DNA of 64,000 nucleotides from a virus (IMGVR_UViG_3300037069_000769:1-64000); one strand, 5' to 3'. Numbered from the stretch's first letter, positions 1 through 8,397 are shown. Notes: generated by a model from the letters alone, not told the origin. Numbers and translations: made by a program.

Positions 1-238
1 GTCAGCCAAGACTGGTGTGCGGCCTGCGTTAGTTGCTGCTGAGACCTGCGATCGATTGCTCGGCAAGGAGTGGGCCAAAGCTAACGAGTTGAAGCGAGTG
101 CGAGCGGTGATAGTGCTCAGTCTCCCTGACCCATTTGGACAGTCGCTCGGGATTACAGAGAGTGAGTTCCAAGACATTGTAGCTCAGTTGCGTGCTCAGA
201 TCAGAATTCGAGACGCGGGAAACCCATCAAACCCGAGC

Positions 239-741
239 TAGTCTGACTGTCAGTAGCATCCTGTGTGCATGCTATTGAAGTTGTATGGTAAAGCCTGCTG
301 CTTAGCTTTGTATTGCTAAGTATGCGGGCTTTTGTTGTTTAGTGTGAGTACGTATCTGGGGAGTATTAGAGTTTAGGTTGGGTGTAAGCTTCGGGCAGAA
401 TAGAAAGTACGTAGAGCATGCCTGCCTGAAAATATGTGCCAACTGTGCGAACTGTGCGAACTGTGCAAACTGTGCAAACTGTGCAAACTGTGCAAACTGT
501 GCAAACTGTGCCAACTGTGCGAACTGTGCGAACTGTGCGAACTGTGCGAACTGTGCAAACTGTGCAAACTGTGCAAACTGTGCAAACTGTGCAAACTGTG
601 CGAACTGTGCAAACTGTGCAAACTGTGCAAACTGTGCCAACTGTGCCAACTGTGCGAACTGTTGCGGGAGAAGATCAGCCTCAGAGACGCGGGATAAACC
701 TCAAACTAGATATAGTCTGAGTGTAAGCAGCATCCTGTGTG
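239..741. repeat. 29-bp imperfect direct repeats (239-267 and 713-741) bracketing the 9-mer array
   Basis: TAGTCTGACTGTCAGTAGCATCCTGTGTG versus TAGTCTGAGTGTAAGCAGCATCCTGTGTG, 3 mismatches. Confidence 0.85.
435..662. repeat. Tandem array of ~25 x 9-bp units TGTGC(A/G/C)AAC
   Basis: Directly visible. Only one position of the unit varies. The A variant contains TGCAAAC, the half-site of the dispersed palindrome. Confidence 0.97.
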
Positions 742-1359
742 ATGTTGATTTAGACTTAATTGAGTGTGCATAGCGGTAGAGCCTAGTGGGAGTAGTCCTG
801 CTGGGCTCAGTTCGTTGATGCTTCAGAGAGCGTCTGGGCTGTAATAGAGTTATGGGTGTTACCTCTTATTAAGTGCTGCCCCGCAGTAGGCACTAGACGT
901 AACTGCTTACGGCATAACGACTTACGTCTAGTGCCTATGCCGCATGCTGCTACCTCGGGTGCAAGAGTAATGTTACAATGCTTGCAAGTGAGTCAGATTG
1001 CAAACGTTTGCACAAGCGGGAAACACCTTGAAATCACCACAAGACTGCTTGCTCAGCAACCCCTGCGAGGGAGTTTCGGGCAACACACCTAAGATAATAC
1101 CTAAGTATATAAGTGCAGGCTAAATACCACAAGCGGGCAAACACTAAGAATATATTCCTGACTAAGTATCTAAGTTACTAAGAGAATAAGAGTATATAGG
1201 TTAAGAGGCTAAATAACACGGTCAGGCGAACGCTCTATTAACCTATATACCATATTCGGGCCAACCGCTCTAATTACACTCGCAGGCCCAAACACCACAA
1301 TATACACATATTACATAATAGATATAACTACTATATACATCCTATATTACTCAATACGT

Positions 1360-1501
1360 CTATCCCTCACGTTTTACCCATCCGTTAAACTCGGTCGGCT
1401 TTACCCCTCTGCTAAACTCCGCTCACTTTACCCATCCGTTAAACTCCGCGAACTTTACCCCGTTCGCCTATCCCTCACGGTTTACTCATCTGTTCTATCC
1501 C
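1360..1501. repeat. ~5 degenerate 27-bp tandem repeats (iteron-like)
   Basis: Units such as TTTACCCATCCGTTAAACTCGGTCGGC / TTTACCCCTCTGCTAAACTCCGCTCAC / TTTACCCATCCGTTAAACTCCGCGAAC. Confidence 0.8.
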
Positions 1502-2304
1502 TTAACTATGAGAGCAACCCATACAAACCCTTCAAATCCCCCATTCTGCATAGTCGGGCCAACCCACCCAACCATTATAACCCTTATATCTGACCTATCT
1601 TACCATACTTACCTATCTGACACACTTGATATAACCTCTACACCTGCCTGAAAAGCTCCATTTGACCTATTCGACCCAAAAGTTGCACTCTGCCTAACTG
1701 ATGTAACCTGCCTATCCCACCCATCTGGCCCAATTGAGTGCCCATTTCAGCAGTGTGGAGTTGCAAAACTATCAAAGCTTATGCTTTTTATTTTTTCTAG
1801 TAACTTTTTAGCCTAAGTATATCCACTTTTCGCCTCCTAGATCGCCATTTTCTCTTACTTTCGCCTAATTTAGCTCGGGTAGACCGTACTCTTCGGTGGA
1901 ATACCGACTCTTTAGCTTGACACTGTCAAAAAAGTGTAGTCAAATTGATGACAGTCTCTTCTCGGGACTCCCGTTTTCTCACGTTCTCTCCCGTAATATC
2001 ACTTGCAAACGTTTGCACGGGCTAGGTTAGACTAAAAGTCACTTTTTAACTTTTCGTTTATCCTTAAGTCAATTTTTAAGCCTCAAAAACACAGGAATTT
2101 ACTGCATGTAAGCTTACGGGTAAAGTCTACCGGTAGCTCGCATGGAGGGGTCGGGTGAACGCCCTACATATAACCCGCTTTGAAGCATAGTCGGGCTCTC
2201 CCTGATACACCTAAATACACCTAGGTAGGGGACTCGCGGGCCTCCCGCCCAAAACCGCTTATTCTTCATTCTTCTGACTTACGGTTCTCGAAACTTCTAC
2301 CTTA

Positions 2305-2333
2305 TTGACATTGCGATAAACGTATGCTATAAT
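2305..2333 (+). promoter_or_regulatory. Consensus sigma70-type promoter driving the paralogue array
   Basis: TTGACA-17 nt-TATAAT, a perfect consensus with TG extended -10, upstream of the first ORF at 2402. Confidence 0.9.
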
Positions 2334-2401
2334 TACACTATGGGCCCGATTACCCGAAAAACTAGCTTCCAAGATCAGATAGATTTTCTTCGGTTGGAAC
2401 A

Positions 2402-2608
2402 ATGACTGGATTCAAGTTTAAGGTCGGAGATGCTGTTACTATCTCGGGAGGAATTTACATCATCTTAGACATTTATACCGAGATAAACGGGTTCATCAAA
2501 TGGCATGTTATGGGGTGTAGAACTGGAAAGCTTACTACGTGGATGCCCCATATCTACGAGTGTAGGCTGGTAGATCAAGAAGAATTTCTCAACATTGAGA
2601 ACGGGTGA
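2402..2608 (+). CDS. Small paralogue-array protein (xxVGD...QEEFLxxE)
   Basis: FKVGD near the N-terminus and DQEEFLNIE at the C-terminus. Confidence 0.8.
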   Translation: MTGFKFKVGDAVTISGGIYIILDIYTEINGFIKWHVMGCRTGKLTTWMPHIYECRLVDQEEFLNIENG

Positions 2609-2622
2609 TGCGTGGTTGACCG

Positions 2623-2886
2623 ATGAGTTACCTTCCTTACGATTTGAAGTTGCGTGAGCTTTTTGAGGTGGGCGACGTAGTGATCTTGGGTAAAGGGTTA
2701 CTACTGATAGTAGATTGTTTCTACGATCCTCTAACCACTGGGCAATTTTGTGTGGTTGACAGTACGGACGGCAGACGTGGGGATGTATGGCCTCCCGCTC
2801 AATCCGAGTATCGGACTATCGCCCAAGAGATATTCCTTCAAGTTGAGACAGAGTTGGATAGGGTAAGTGCGTTGGGAGTTAGGTAG
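2623..2886 (+). CDS. Small paralogue-array protein
   Basis: FEVGD...AQEIFLQVE. Confidence 0.8.
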   Translation: MSYLPYDLKLRELFEVGDVVILGKGLLLIVDCFYDPLTTGQFCVVDSTDGRRGDVWPPAQSEYRTIAQEIFLQVETELDRVSALGVR

Positions 2887-3134
2887 TGCAAACGTTTGCA
2901 AAAGACCTTAAAGTCGGCGACGTCGTACACTTCCCATCTCTTGCCAAAGACGGCAGTGTATTGTGGCTCGTTGTTGACATTGCCATCACCCAGTCTCTCG
3001 CGGGAAGACGTGTCTGGACACTGTTTTCCGGAATTCACTCACTGAATGTTACCGCTGTTGATCGTCTCACCGCCATATACGACTTAGTACCTCAAGAAGC
3101 TTTCCTGCTGGCGGAGAATCAGTATGCCGGTTAG
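2886..3134 (+). CDS. Small paralogue-array protein
   Basis: LKVGD...PQEAFLLAE. The GTG start overlaps a palindrome copy. Confidence 0.78.
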   Translation: MQTFAKDLKVGDVVHFPSLAKDGSVLWLVVDIAITQSLAGRRVWTLFSGIHSLNVTAVDRLTAIYDLVPQEAFLLAENQYAG

Positions 3135-3146
3135 GTGTCTTGATGA

Positions 3147-3245
3147 AGTGACAGTGGAACACCTGCTGACGCAGTTGCTTGGGACTACCCGTACACCGTA
3201 ATCCCACAAGAAGAGTTCATTGGTCAAGAAAATGCTGGATATTAA
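3147..3245 (+). pseudogene. C-terminal remnant of a paralogue-array gene
   Basis: Start-less frame ...YTVIPQEEFIGQENAGY*, preceded by two in-frame TGA stops and overlapping the next ATG (3232). Confidence 0.6.
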
Positions 3246-3477
3246 GGTGGGAGACTGTTTTGCGGTATCCGGGTTAGCGTACGGTTCTGATGGAACTCCC
3301 AAGGTTGAGGTGGTTGTAGTTCTTGAGGTTTACACCGTAGCGGGGCGGATTGTGCGGTTAAAGACTGATCGAGCAGACGGTCAGCGTGTGAACTTCGCTC
3401 CTACTGGCGTTGCTCTTAGATCGATCCCTCAGAAAACGTTTTTGTCAGAGGAACGCTGTGAAGCCCGAAGACATTAA
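3232..3477 (+). CDS. Small paralogue-array protein
   Basis: DIKVGD...PQKTFLSEE. ATG at 3232 preferred as start. Confidence 0.8.
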   Translation: MLDIKVGDCFAVSGLAYGSDGTPKVEVVVVLEVYTVAGRIVRLKTDRADGQRVNFAPTGVALRSIPQKTFLSEERCEARRH

Positions 3478-3676
3478 AGTCGGGATGACCGTGAGACTGA
3501 CTAGCTCTCGACTGGCTTTAGTGCTTGAAATTTTTACAGGGCATTACGGAGAGATGCGAGCAGAGGTGCGTACTCCGGGAGGACTGCTAGGGAACTGTTC
3601 TCTCACTGATATAGTTGAGCAGCATTCTCAGCAGGAGTACCTTGAGGTAGAAGGCCGTTGGAATAACGATACTTAG
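3458..3676 (+). CDS. Small paralogue-array protein
   Basis: DIKVGM...SQQEYLEVE. GTG at 3458 preferred as start. Confidence 0.75.
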   Translation: MKPEDIKVGMTVRLTSSRLALVLEIFTGHYGEMRAEVRTPGGLLGNCSLTDIVEQHSQQEYLEVEGRWNNDT

Positions 3677-3697
3677 GAAATTTGCAAACGTTTGCAC

Positions 3698-3931
3698 ATG
3701 ACGTATCGGTCCATGAAATTCGCTGATGACTTCCAGCCGGGAGATGTGTTCTACACTGAGGATGAACTCTGCTTAGTAGTAGATACTCAGATACCTTCAG
3801 GAGACAAGGATTACTTCATCAAGCTGTGGGTGGTAAGCTCGATTGGAAACTGCCTAACTGTTGAGTACGATATAGCTACTTTGGTGGAAGTTCGGAGCCA
3901 AGAGGAATTCCTTAATGCAGAAAACTCCTGA
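3698..3931 (+). CDS. Small paralogue-array protein
   Basis: DFQPGD...SQEEFLNAE. Confidence 0.8.
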   Translation: MTYRSMKFADDFQPGDVFYTEDELCLVVDTQIPSGDKDYFIKLWVVSSIGNCLTVEYDIATLVEVRSQEEFLNAENS

Positions 3932-4870
3932 CCAATTTGTGCCCGGAGACGTGTTTGAATTTTCTCCCGGAAGTGTAGACACCCTGTATTGCGTATTAGT
4001 GCTTAATATATCTAGCACTAATGGAACTAAAAAAATCAATAAATTTTGTAATAAATTTATTGATTTTAGATAAATTTAATTACGCAAGCACCCAAGATAA
4101 ACCCGCATCATCAATATAAAGGAAGAAAACATGAAACTTACAATACGAAAATGCGAACTCACGGGCGCTGGGTGGTATATAATCGAACGAGCCGTGCCGA
4201 GATGGACGGTAGAAAATGGAGAGCGGTTTTCTGATGCTGATGTTGAGGGCAGGGGAGCGGAAATGCTTGCAATTGCTGACGCTATTAAAAATCGAGGGCA
4301 TGTGGCATTTCGAAGATGTGCGGTAAATGTCGTCAATGAACGAGTTTTCTTTTGGAGTCCGAGGAATAGTTCCCACTATGGTGAATGCAATCTCTCGGAA
4401 GCGGACGAATTGGCAGAACTCATTTTGAACACTGTCCCTCCAAGGTAACACTCAAACAACTTGTAGTAAATTTATCGTATTTAGATAAATTTACTTACGT
4501 CTGCACAACAGGTGATTGTCCCGCTAATCAATTTCCTAAAATTAGTCATCCCCTTGAGAATGTAACATTCAAACTCAATGGAAAACCAAATGAAAACTGG
4601 ATTGCGACAGGCGATTGCACGGAGGTGTATCAACGTAGGCTACAGGATAGCTATGTATCTGGCTGTTGATTAGTCATCCCTTTGTTACATCAATTCAAAC
4701 CGTTTTCGGTAAGGGATAGAGTCTATAAAGACAGCAAGACCACGCACGGTATCAATTTTATTTAATACCGCGTTGGTCTTTGCCATAATCTATCCATTAC
4801 TATCCTGCGGGAGCCCGAAGAATTTTTACGCATCGAGCTTGAGAATAGTCTTTACTTTGATGTCTACTGA
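3915..4870 (+). pseudogene. Paralogue-array gene split by an AT-rich insertion
   Basis: The N-half MQKTPDQFVPGDVFEF... (3915-~4030) runs into an AT-rich hairpin. The C-half ...ILREPEEFLRIE...* (4766-4870) ends in a TGATG overlap with the next gene. Confidence 0.6.
4131..4448 (+). CDS. Hypothetical protein carried in the AT-rich insertion
   Basis: 105-aa ORF with AAGGAAG upstream, flanked by AT-rich hairpins at 4032-4067 and 4465-4495. Confidence 0.75.
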   Translation: MKLTIRKCELTGAGWYIIERAVPRWTVENGERFSDADVEGRGAEMLAIADAIKNRGHVAFRRCAVNVVNERVFFWSPRNSSHYGECNLSEADELAELILNTVPPR

Positions 4871-5127
4871 TGATAAAAACTTCAGATGAGATACGGCCCG
4901 GAGACGTGTTCTGGCATCCCCGAGGGGAATTCTATATGGTACTGGAGTATACCCGCGAAGACTTAAGTGGCCCTTGGGCAGATGGCATACCTGACGTGTT
5001 GGGAACTGCTCACGTACAGTACGAGACAGGCGAAATAAACGAGACTCTGTACTTCACTTCTAATAGAGTTTACACGTTTCCCCAGCTTATCTTCCTCGAA
5101 GCAGAATCTGCAAACGTTTGCAAATGA
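4870..5127 (+). CDS. Small paralogue-array protein
   Basis: EIRPGD...PQLIFLEAE. Confidence 0.8.
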   Translation: MIKTSDEIRPGDVFWHPRGEFYMVLEYTREDLSGPWADGIPDVLGTAHVQYETGEINETLYFTSNRVYTFPQLIFLEAESANVCK

Positions 5128-5345
5128 GTAGAATTGTCTCCAAATTTTCTGAGTTGTGTCCGGGTGACTGCATTCACCTAATTAAGTTTGACGTTTGGGC
5201 CGTAGTTATATCTCCGCACTTCAAGTTCGATGGACGTATTGATGCCGTGCTGGCTATGAACGGCGGTGGGGGCATCGATACTGTTTGTGAAACGATAACT
5301 TGGGAAGTAGTTCCGCAAGTCGAATTCCTTAGACGAGAAGGATAA
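5124..5345 (+). CDS. Small paralogue-array protein
   Basis: ELCPGD...PQVEFLRRE. Confidence 0.78.
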   Translation: MSRIVSKFSELCPGDCIHLIKFDVWAVVISPHFKFDGRIDAVLAMNGGGGIDTVCETITWEVVPQVEFLRREG

Positions 5346-5348
5346 ACG

Positions 5349-5759
5349 ATGAGCTTAGAGTTAATCGAAACCTGTATGAAGGATTATCCACTGCATACTC
5401 CTGACTGCGTGATTAAGTTTAGAGAAACTCATGCCATCTTTATCGGGTGGTTTTCCCGAGGTGACGGGTTCACGCAGCGAAAGGAGTCTGACTTATTGGA
5501 ATTGCAGATTGAGGGGCAAACTTGCTACATTAACTCAATTCAACTACAGCGTGAGAATTGTGGTGTAGGGTTGGGGTATGCCCTTTATATGAAAGCTGAG
5601 GAAATAGCTCGGGCACTCAAATGTACTTCTATGCAGATGACGCCTTCAGGTTGGGTATTAGGTGCTGGGGAGAATGCGGGCGAGACTAGGATGGACTATT
5701 GCATTCGGAAACTCCGATATTGGCAGATTTCGGAGTGGGAGGTATGCAAGAGATTATGA
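5349..5759 (+). CDS. GNAT-family acetyltransferase-like protein
   Basis: YINSIQLQRENCGVGLGYALYMKAEEIAR resembles GNAT acetyl-CoA-binding motif A (Q/RxxGxG). Confidence 0.6.
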   Translation: MSLELIETCMKDYPLHTPDCVIKFRETHAIFIGWFSRGDGFTQRKESDLLELQIEGQTCYINSIQLQRENCGVGLGYALYMKAEEIARALKCTSMQMTPSGWVLGAGENAGETRMDYCIRKLRYWQISEWEVCKRL

Positions 5760-6028
5760 GTGGGAGCCCCCTAGCAGAACGGCTATGGTTATCTGAGATG
5801 CCTATAGGCCAAGCTTTCCTAAGACACGGTTCGCACGTTAGTATGTGGCTACTGCTTGACTGGCACATAACGTTTGACAGGTATTGGGCAGTGATAGTTC
5901 CTTGGAATGACCCCAAGGGTTGGACGTGCATGTCTAACGAGATGTACGATCTGGTATCGGCTGAAGAGTTGATAGCCTACGAGCGTGCAGCGGATGGGCT
6001 CCACTTAATCGCTGAGATAACGCTATGA
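5756..6028 (+). CDS. Divergent paralogue-array protein
   Basis: EMPIGQ...WLLLD...LVSAEELIAYE. Confidence 0.6.
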   Translation: MSGSPLAERLWLSEMPIGQAFLRHGSHVSMWLLLDWHITFDRYWAVIVPWNDPKGWTCMSNEMYDLVSAEELIAYERAADGLHLIAEITL

Positions 6029-6273
6029 GTGTTCCGTCTACAGACTGGCCTTTGCGGATGCAAAATGCTGTACAGCTACAGATTGGGGATGTGTTATATA
6101 GGGCGTTGAACCTTAACCTGATTTACGAAGTTCAGCACAGTGAGTACCTCATTAAGTTATGGGCATTCTCTCCGGAGCATTCTCATCGCTGTTTTGAGCT
6201 ACCTCACTTAGATCGGGTGGAAGTGCACACGCAAGAAGAGTTTTTACACTGCGAGAAAACATGGGGCTTGTAA
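6025..6273 (+). CDS. Small paralogue-array protein
   Basis: QLQIGD...TQEEFLHCE. Confidence 0.78.
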   Translation: MSVPSTDWPLRMQNAVQLQIGDVLYRALNLNLIYEVQHSEYLIKLWAFSPEHSHRCFELPHLDRVEVHTQEEFLHCEKTWGL

Positions 6274-6494
6274 TTCGGGTCAAGGATATAAAACCGGGTG
6301 ACTGTGTTCGGCTGGGAGATATGCACTATTTTCTTGTAGTAGATGTGCGGAAATTACCTAGGACAACAGAGCTTATCGGAGAGACCGCAGCTACTTGGAT
6401 GTATAACACCCAAACCCCCGAGTACGTGCCTCCCGAAGAATTTCTAAAGTATGGACGCATGATTGAGAAGGTGACTGATGGGACACATTCCTGA
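6261..6494 (+). CDS. Small paralogue-array protein
   Basis: DIKPGD...FLVVD...PPEEFLKYG. Confidence 0.78.
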   Translation: MGLVIRVKDIKPGDCVRLGDMHYFLVVDVRKLPRTTELIGETAATWMYNTQTPEYVPPEEFLKYGRMIEKVTDGTHS

Positions 6495-6756
6495 AGCCTA
6501 CGAAGAAAATTTCATTCCCGTTACTAAGTTAGTGGCCGGGAATGTGATCCTCTACTTAGGCAAGGTCCACCTTGTTTTGAACGCGGGCAGAGGTGTTAGA
6601 CGTCGTGACTCCGGCAACTATCTCTGCGTGACCTTACAACTTCAATGTGAGGTCAGGTATGAGGTACAGATCGAGTTGGGCAACCGATTTCAAATCCTTC
6701 CTGACGAAGTGTTCATCGAGGCCGAGCGTACCGGGAACTGGGAATACAGGGTATGA
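6478..6756 (+). CDS. Divergent paralogue-array protein
   Basis: KLVAGN...HLVLN...LPDEVFIEAE. Confidence 0.68.
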   Translation: MGHIPEAYEENFIPVTKLVAGNVILYLGKVHLVLNAGRGVRRRDSGNYLCVTLQLQCEVRYEVQIELGNRFQILPDEVFIEAERTGNWEYRV

Positions 6757-6768
6757 GTAGTCTACCCC

Positions 6769-6797
6769 TTGACGCCGCGAAGTTTCCTTGATATACT
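6769..6797 (+). promoter_or_regulatory. sigma70-type promoter
   Basis: TTGACG-17-TATACT, intergenic. Confidence 0.75.
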
Positions 6798-6838
6798 CGA
6801 ATTAACGGAGGAGATTACTTCAAACTGGTGTGGGTGAT

Positions 6839-7237
6839 ATGGGCAAAGACATTTACTATGACGAGCATGATACGGGTAGGTGGGTTCGATATTCAAACTC
6901 TAAGGCATGGGTAACTGTCGATAAGACAGACTTAGAGTTTGGGTACACCACTTTTCGTTATGCTCCTGTTCCTTTTGAGGCTGGGCATGAGTCATTTCCT
7001 TGGGCGTTACTCGCGAAGACCGAACAGCGTGAGAGCGAGTTCGTATTTGGGAGAGCAAGTTCCGCAGTGCACGCATTGCACATTGCTGTGGACGTTAGAG
7101 GATTTCTCTCTCAGGACTACTCGATCCGGGTAACTCACGGACTGCTTGTGTGCATGATGGTGGAATTACCTCTCAATGATCCACTACAGCGACTTCCGTG
7201 GAAGTATTTGTTCGAGGAAGACGGATTCCCTCTTTGA
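6839..7237 (+). CDS. Hypothetical protein
   Basis: ORF downstream of the promoter, in gene-dense context. Confidence 0.6.
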   Translation: MGKDIYYDEHDTGRWVRYSNSKAWVTVDKTDLEFGYTTFRYAPVPFEAGHESFPWALLAKTEQRESEFVFGRASSAVHALHIAVDVRGFLSQDYSIRVTHGLLVCMMVELPLNDPLQRLPWKYLFEEDGFPL

Positions 7238-7257
7238 AAACGTTTGCAGGATTTGAG

Positions 7258-7509
7258 ATGACCATTCCGGACAAATCGTTTGGGGAGATGCTGAAAGCTC
7301 ACCGCATACGGAGTGGGGTGTCTCAGCGAGCTATGGCCAACATCTTGGGCGTAGATAACTCGTTCCTGTGCTTGGTGGAGAAGGGTAAACGTTTTCCTTC
7401 GACTGAGATGATGAAAACGTTTGCACAGAGACTCGGCTGTCGGGCAGTAGTAACATTCTTTCGTGAGACTAACGGTGATCCCGAGATCATCGGTAGTGGT
7501 TTGCTCTAA
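7258..7509 (+). CDS. XRE/Cro-family HTH DNA-binding protein
   Basis: FGEMLKAHRIRSGVSQRAMANILGVDNSFLCLVEKGKRFPS is a typical HTH_3 pattern. Confidence 0.88.
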   Translation: MTIPDKSFGEMLKAHRIRSGVSQRAMANILGVDNSFLCLVEKGKRFPSTEMMKTFAQRLGCRAVVTFFRETNGDPEIIGSGLL

Positions 7510-7519
7510 AGGAGAAACT

Positions 7520-7885
7520 ATGGGTTTAGCTGTAGCTGTTGTGACTGTCGCAGACGAACTTCTGGGAGTTAGTGCCAACGGCGGAACTACTTACGAGTTT
7601 CCCGCCGCTCCCATCACGGAAGGGGATAATCCTGCTGACGTGGCGGCTCGGGCTCTCAAGGAGATGACGGGACTTGATGCCGAGGTCGTCCAGTACTTTT
7701 GTGAGTGGAGGGATGAGCACGCTGAGGAGGTGAACTATCTCTTTAAGATTCCTCTTGTTTCTGGCACGATTTCGCCTCCAATTGGGTTGACGGTATCCAT
7801 ACTTCCCGTGTTTGGTGGGGCCAACTTGCAGAACTTCAACAAGTTTTCCTCCGGTTGGATTCGGGCAGTCCGGGACTACTCTTGA
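7520..7885 (+). CDS. NUDIX-fold protein with a degenerate Nudix box
   Basis: YEFPAAPITEGDNPADVAARALKEMTGL aligns to GX5EX7REUXEEXGU but lacks several catalytic Glu. AAGGAG SD upstream. Confidence 0.6.
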   Translation: MGLAVAVVTVADELLGVSANGGTTYEFPAAPITEGDNPADVAARALKEMTGLDAEVVQYFCEWRDEHAEEVNYLFKIPLVSGTISPPIGLTVSILPVFGGANLQNFNKFSSGWIRAVRDYS

Positions 7886-7970
7886 TAATCTCGTGGCATG
7901 TGCTGCGGGATTTTTTCGTCTCTATTGCTGGGGCGAAAATTTTGTGGTATAATACGGATCGGATTCAAGT

Positions 7971-8327
7971 ATGACAGACATTTTAGACGGAGCTTCCGTA
8001 TCGGTGGGAAATGAGGCCATCCCGCTGGAGCAGTTTCAGTACGCAAAGTGGTTCATCCGAGAATGCGGATCATTGAGTCAGGCTCGATTGGTGCTGAATT
8101 CTCTGATTCCCGCCTCAACTTCTAATACGGAGTACAATCGACATGCGTCTCCTAGAGACGGAAACGGCGGAGTTCCAAGATCAGGAGATGTTGGAGCAGT
8201 TCCCAAACCGCGAAGAGGTCGAAAACGCAAACAGGAAGCAGTTGGTGCGGTGGCACACCCTTCTGAGGGAGCCTCAGACCCTAACGGAACGCAGCCTGTT
8301 GGAGAGAGTGATCGAGCGGATCAATGA
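7971..8327 (+). CDS. Hypothetical protein
   Basis: Follows TGnTATAAT. Helical N-domain with a disordered tail that overlaps the next ORF. Confidence 0.55.
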   Translation: MTDILDGASVSVGNEAIPLEQFQYAKWFIRECGSLSQARLVLNSLIPASTSNTEYNRHASPRDGNGGVPRSGDVGAVPKPRRGRKRKQEAVGAVAHPSEGASDPNGTQPVGESDRADQ

Positions 8328-8397
8328 GACGGCTCCGGAGGGCATCCCGCATCAGGAGTGTAAACCTGTGCAGGGTACAAGCGAGGAAGCCAACTAG
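8143..8397 (+). CDS. Hypothetical protein
   Basis: GGAG SD upstream. Amphipathic helical composition. Confidence 0.55.
   Translation: MRLLETETAEFQDQEMLEQFPNREEVENANRKQLVRWHTLLREPQTLTERSLLERVIERINETAPEGIPHQECKPVQGTSEEAN

Noticed and set aside
435-662. CRISPR array
   Set aside because: Contiguous 9-bp units with no unique spacers, and no cas genes in the window
302-720. ORFs 302-649(-), 373-630(-), 434-697(+), 436-720(+)
   Set aside because: They are open only because the 9-mer repeat lacks stop codons, and have no translation signals
856-1092. 78-aa ORF in the leader
   Set aside because: No SD or recognisable motif, and it lies in a compositionally skewed non-coding region
4030-4770. Group I intron or IS element
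   Set aside because: No recognisable P7/catalytic core, and the internal ORF shows no homing-endonuclease or transposase motif
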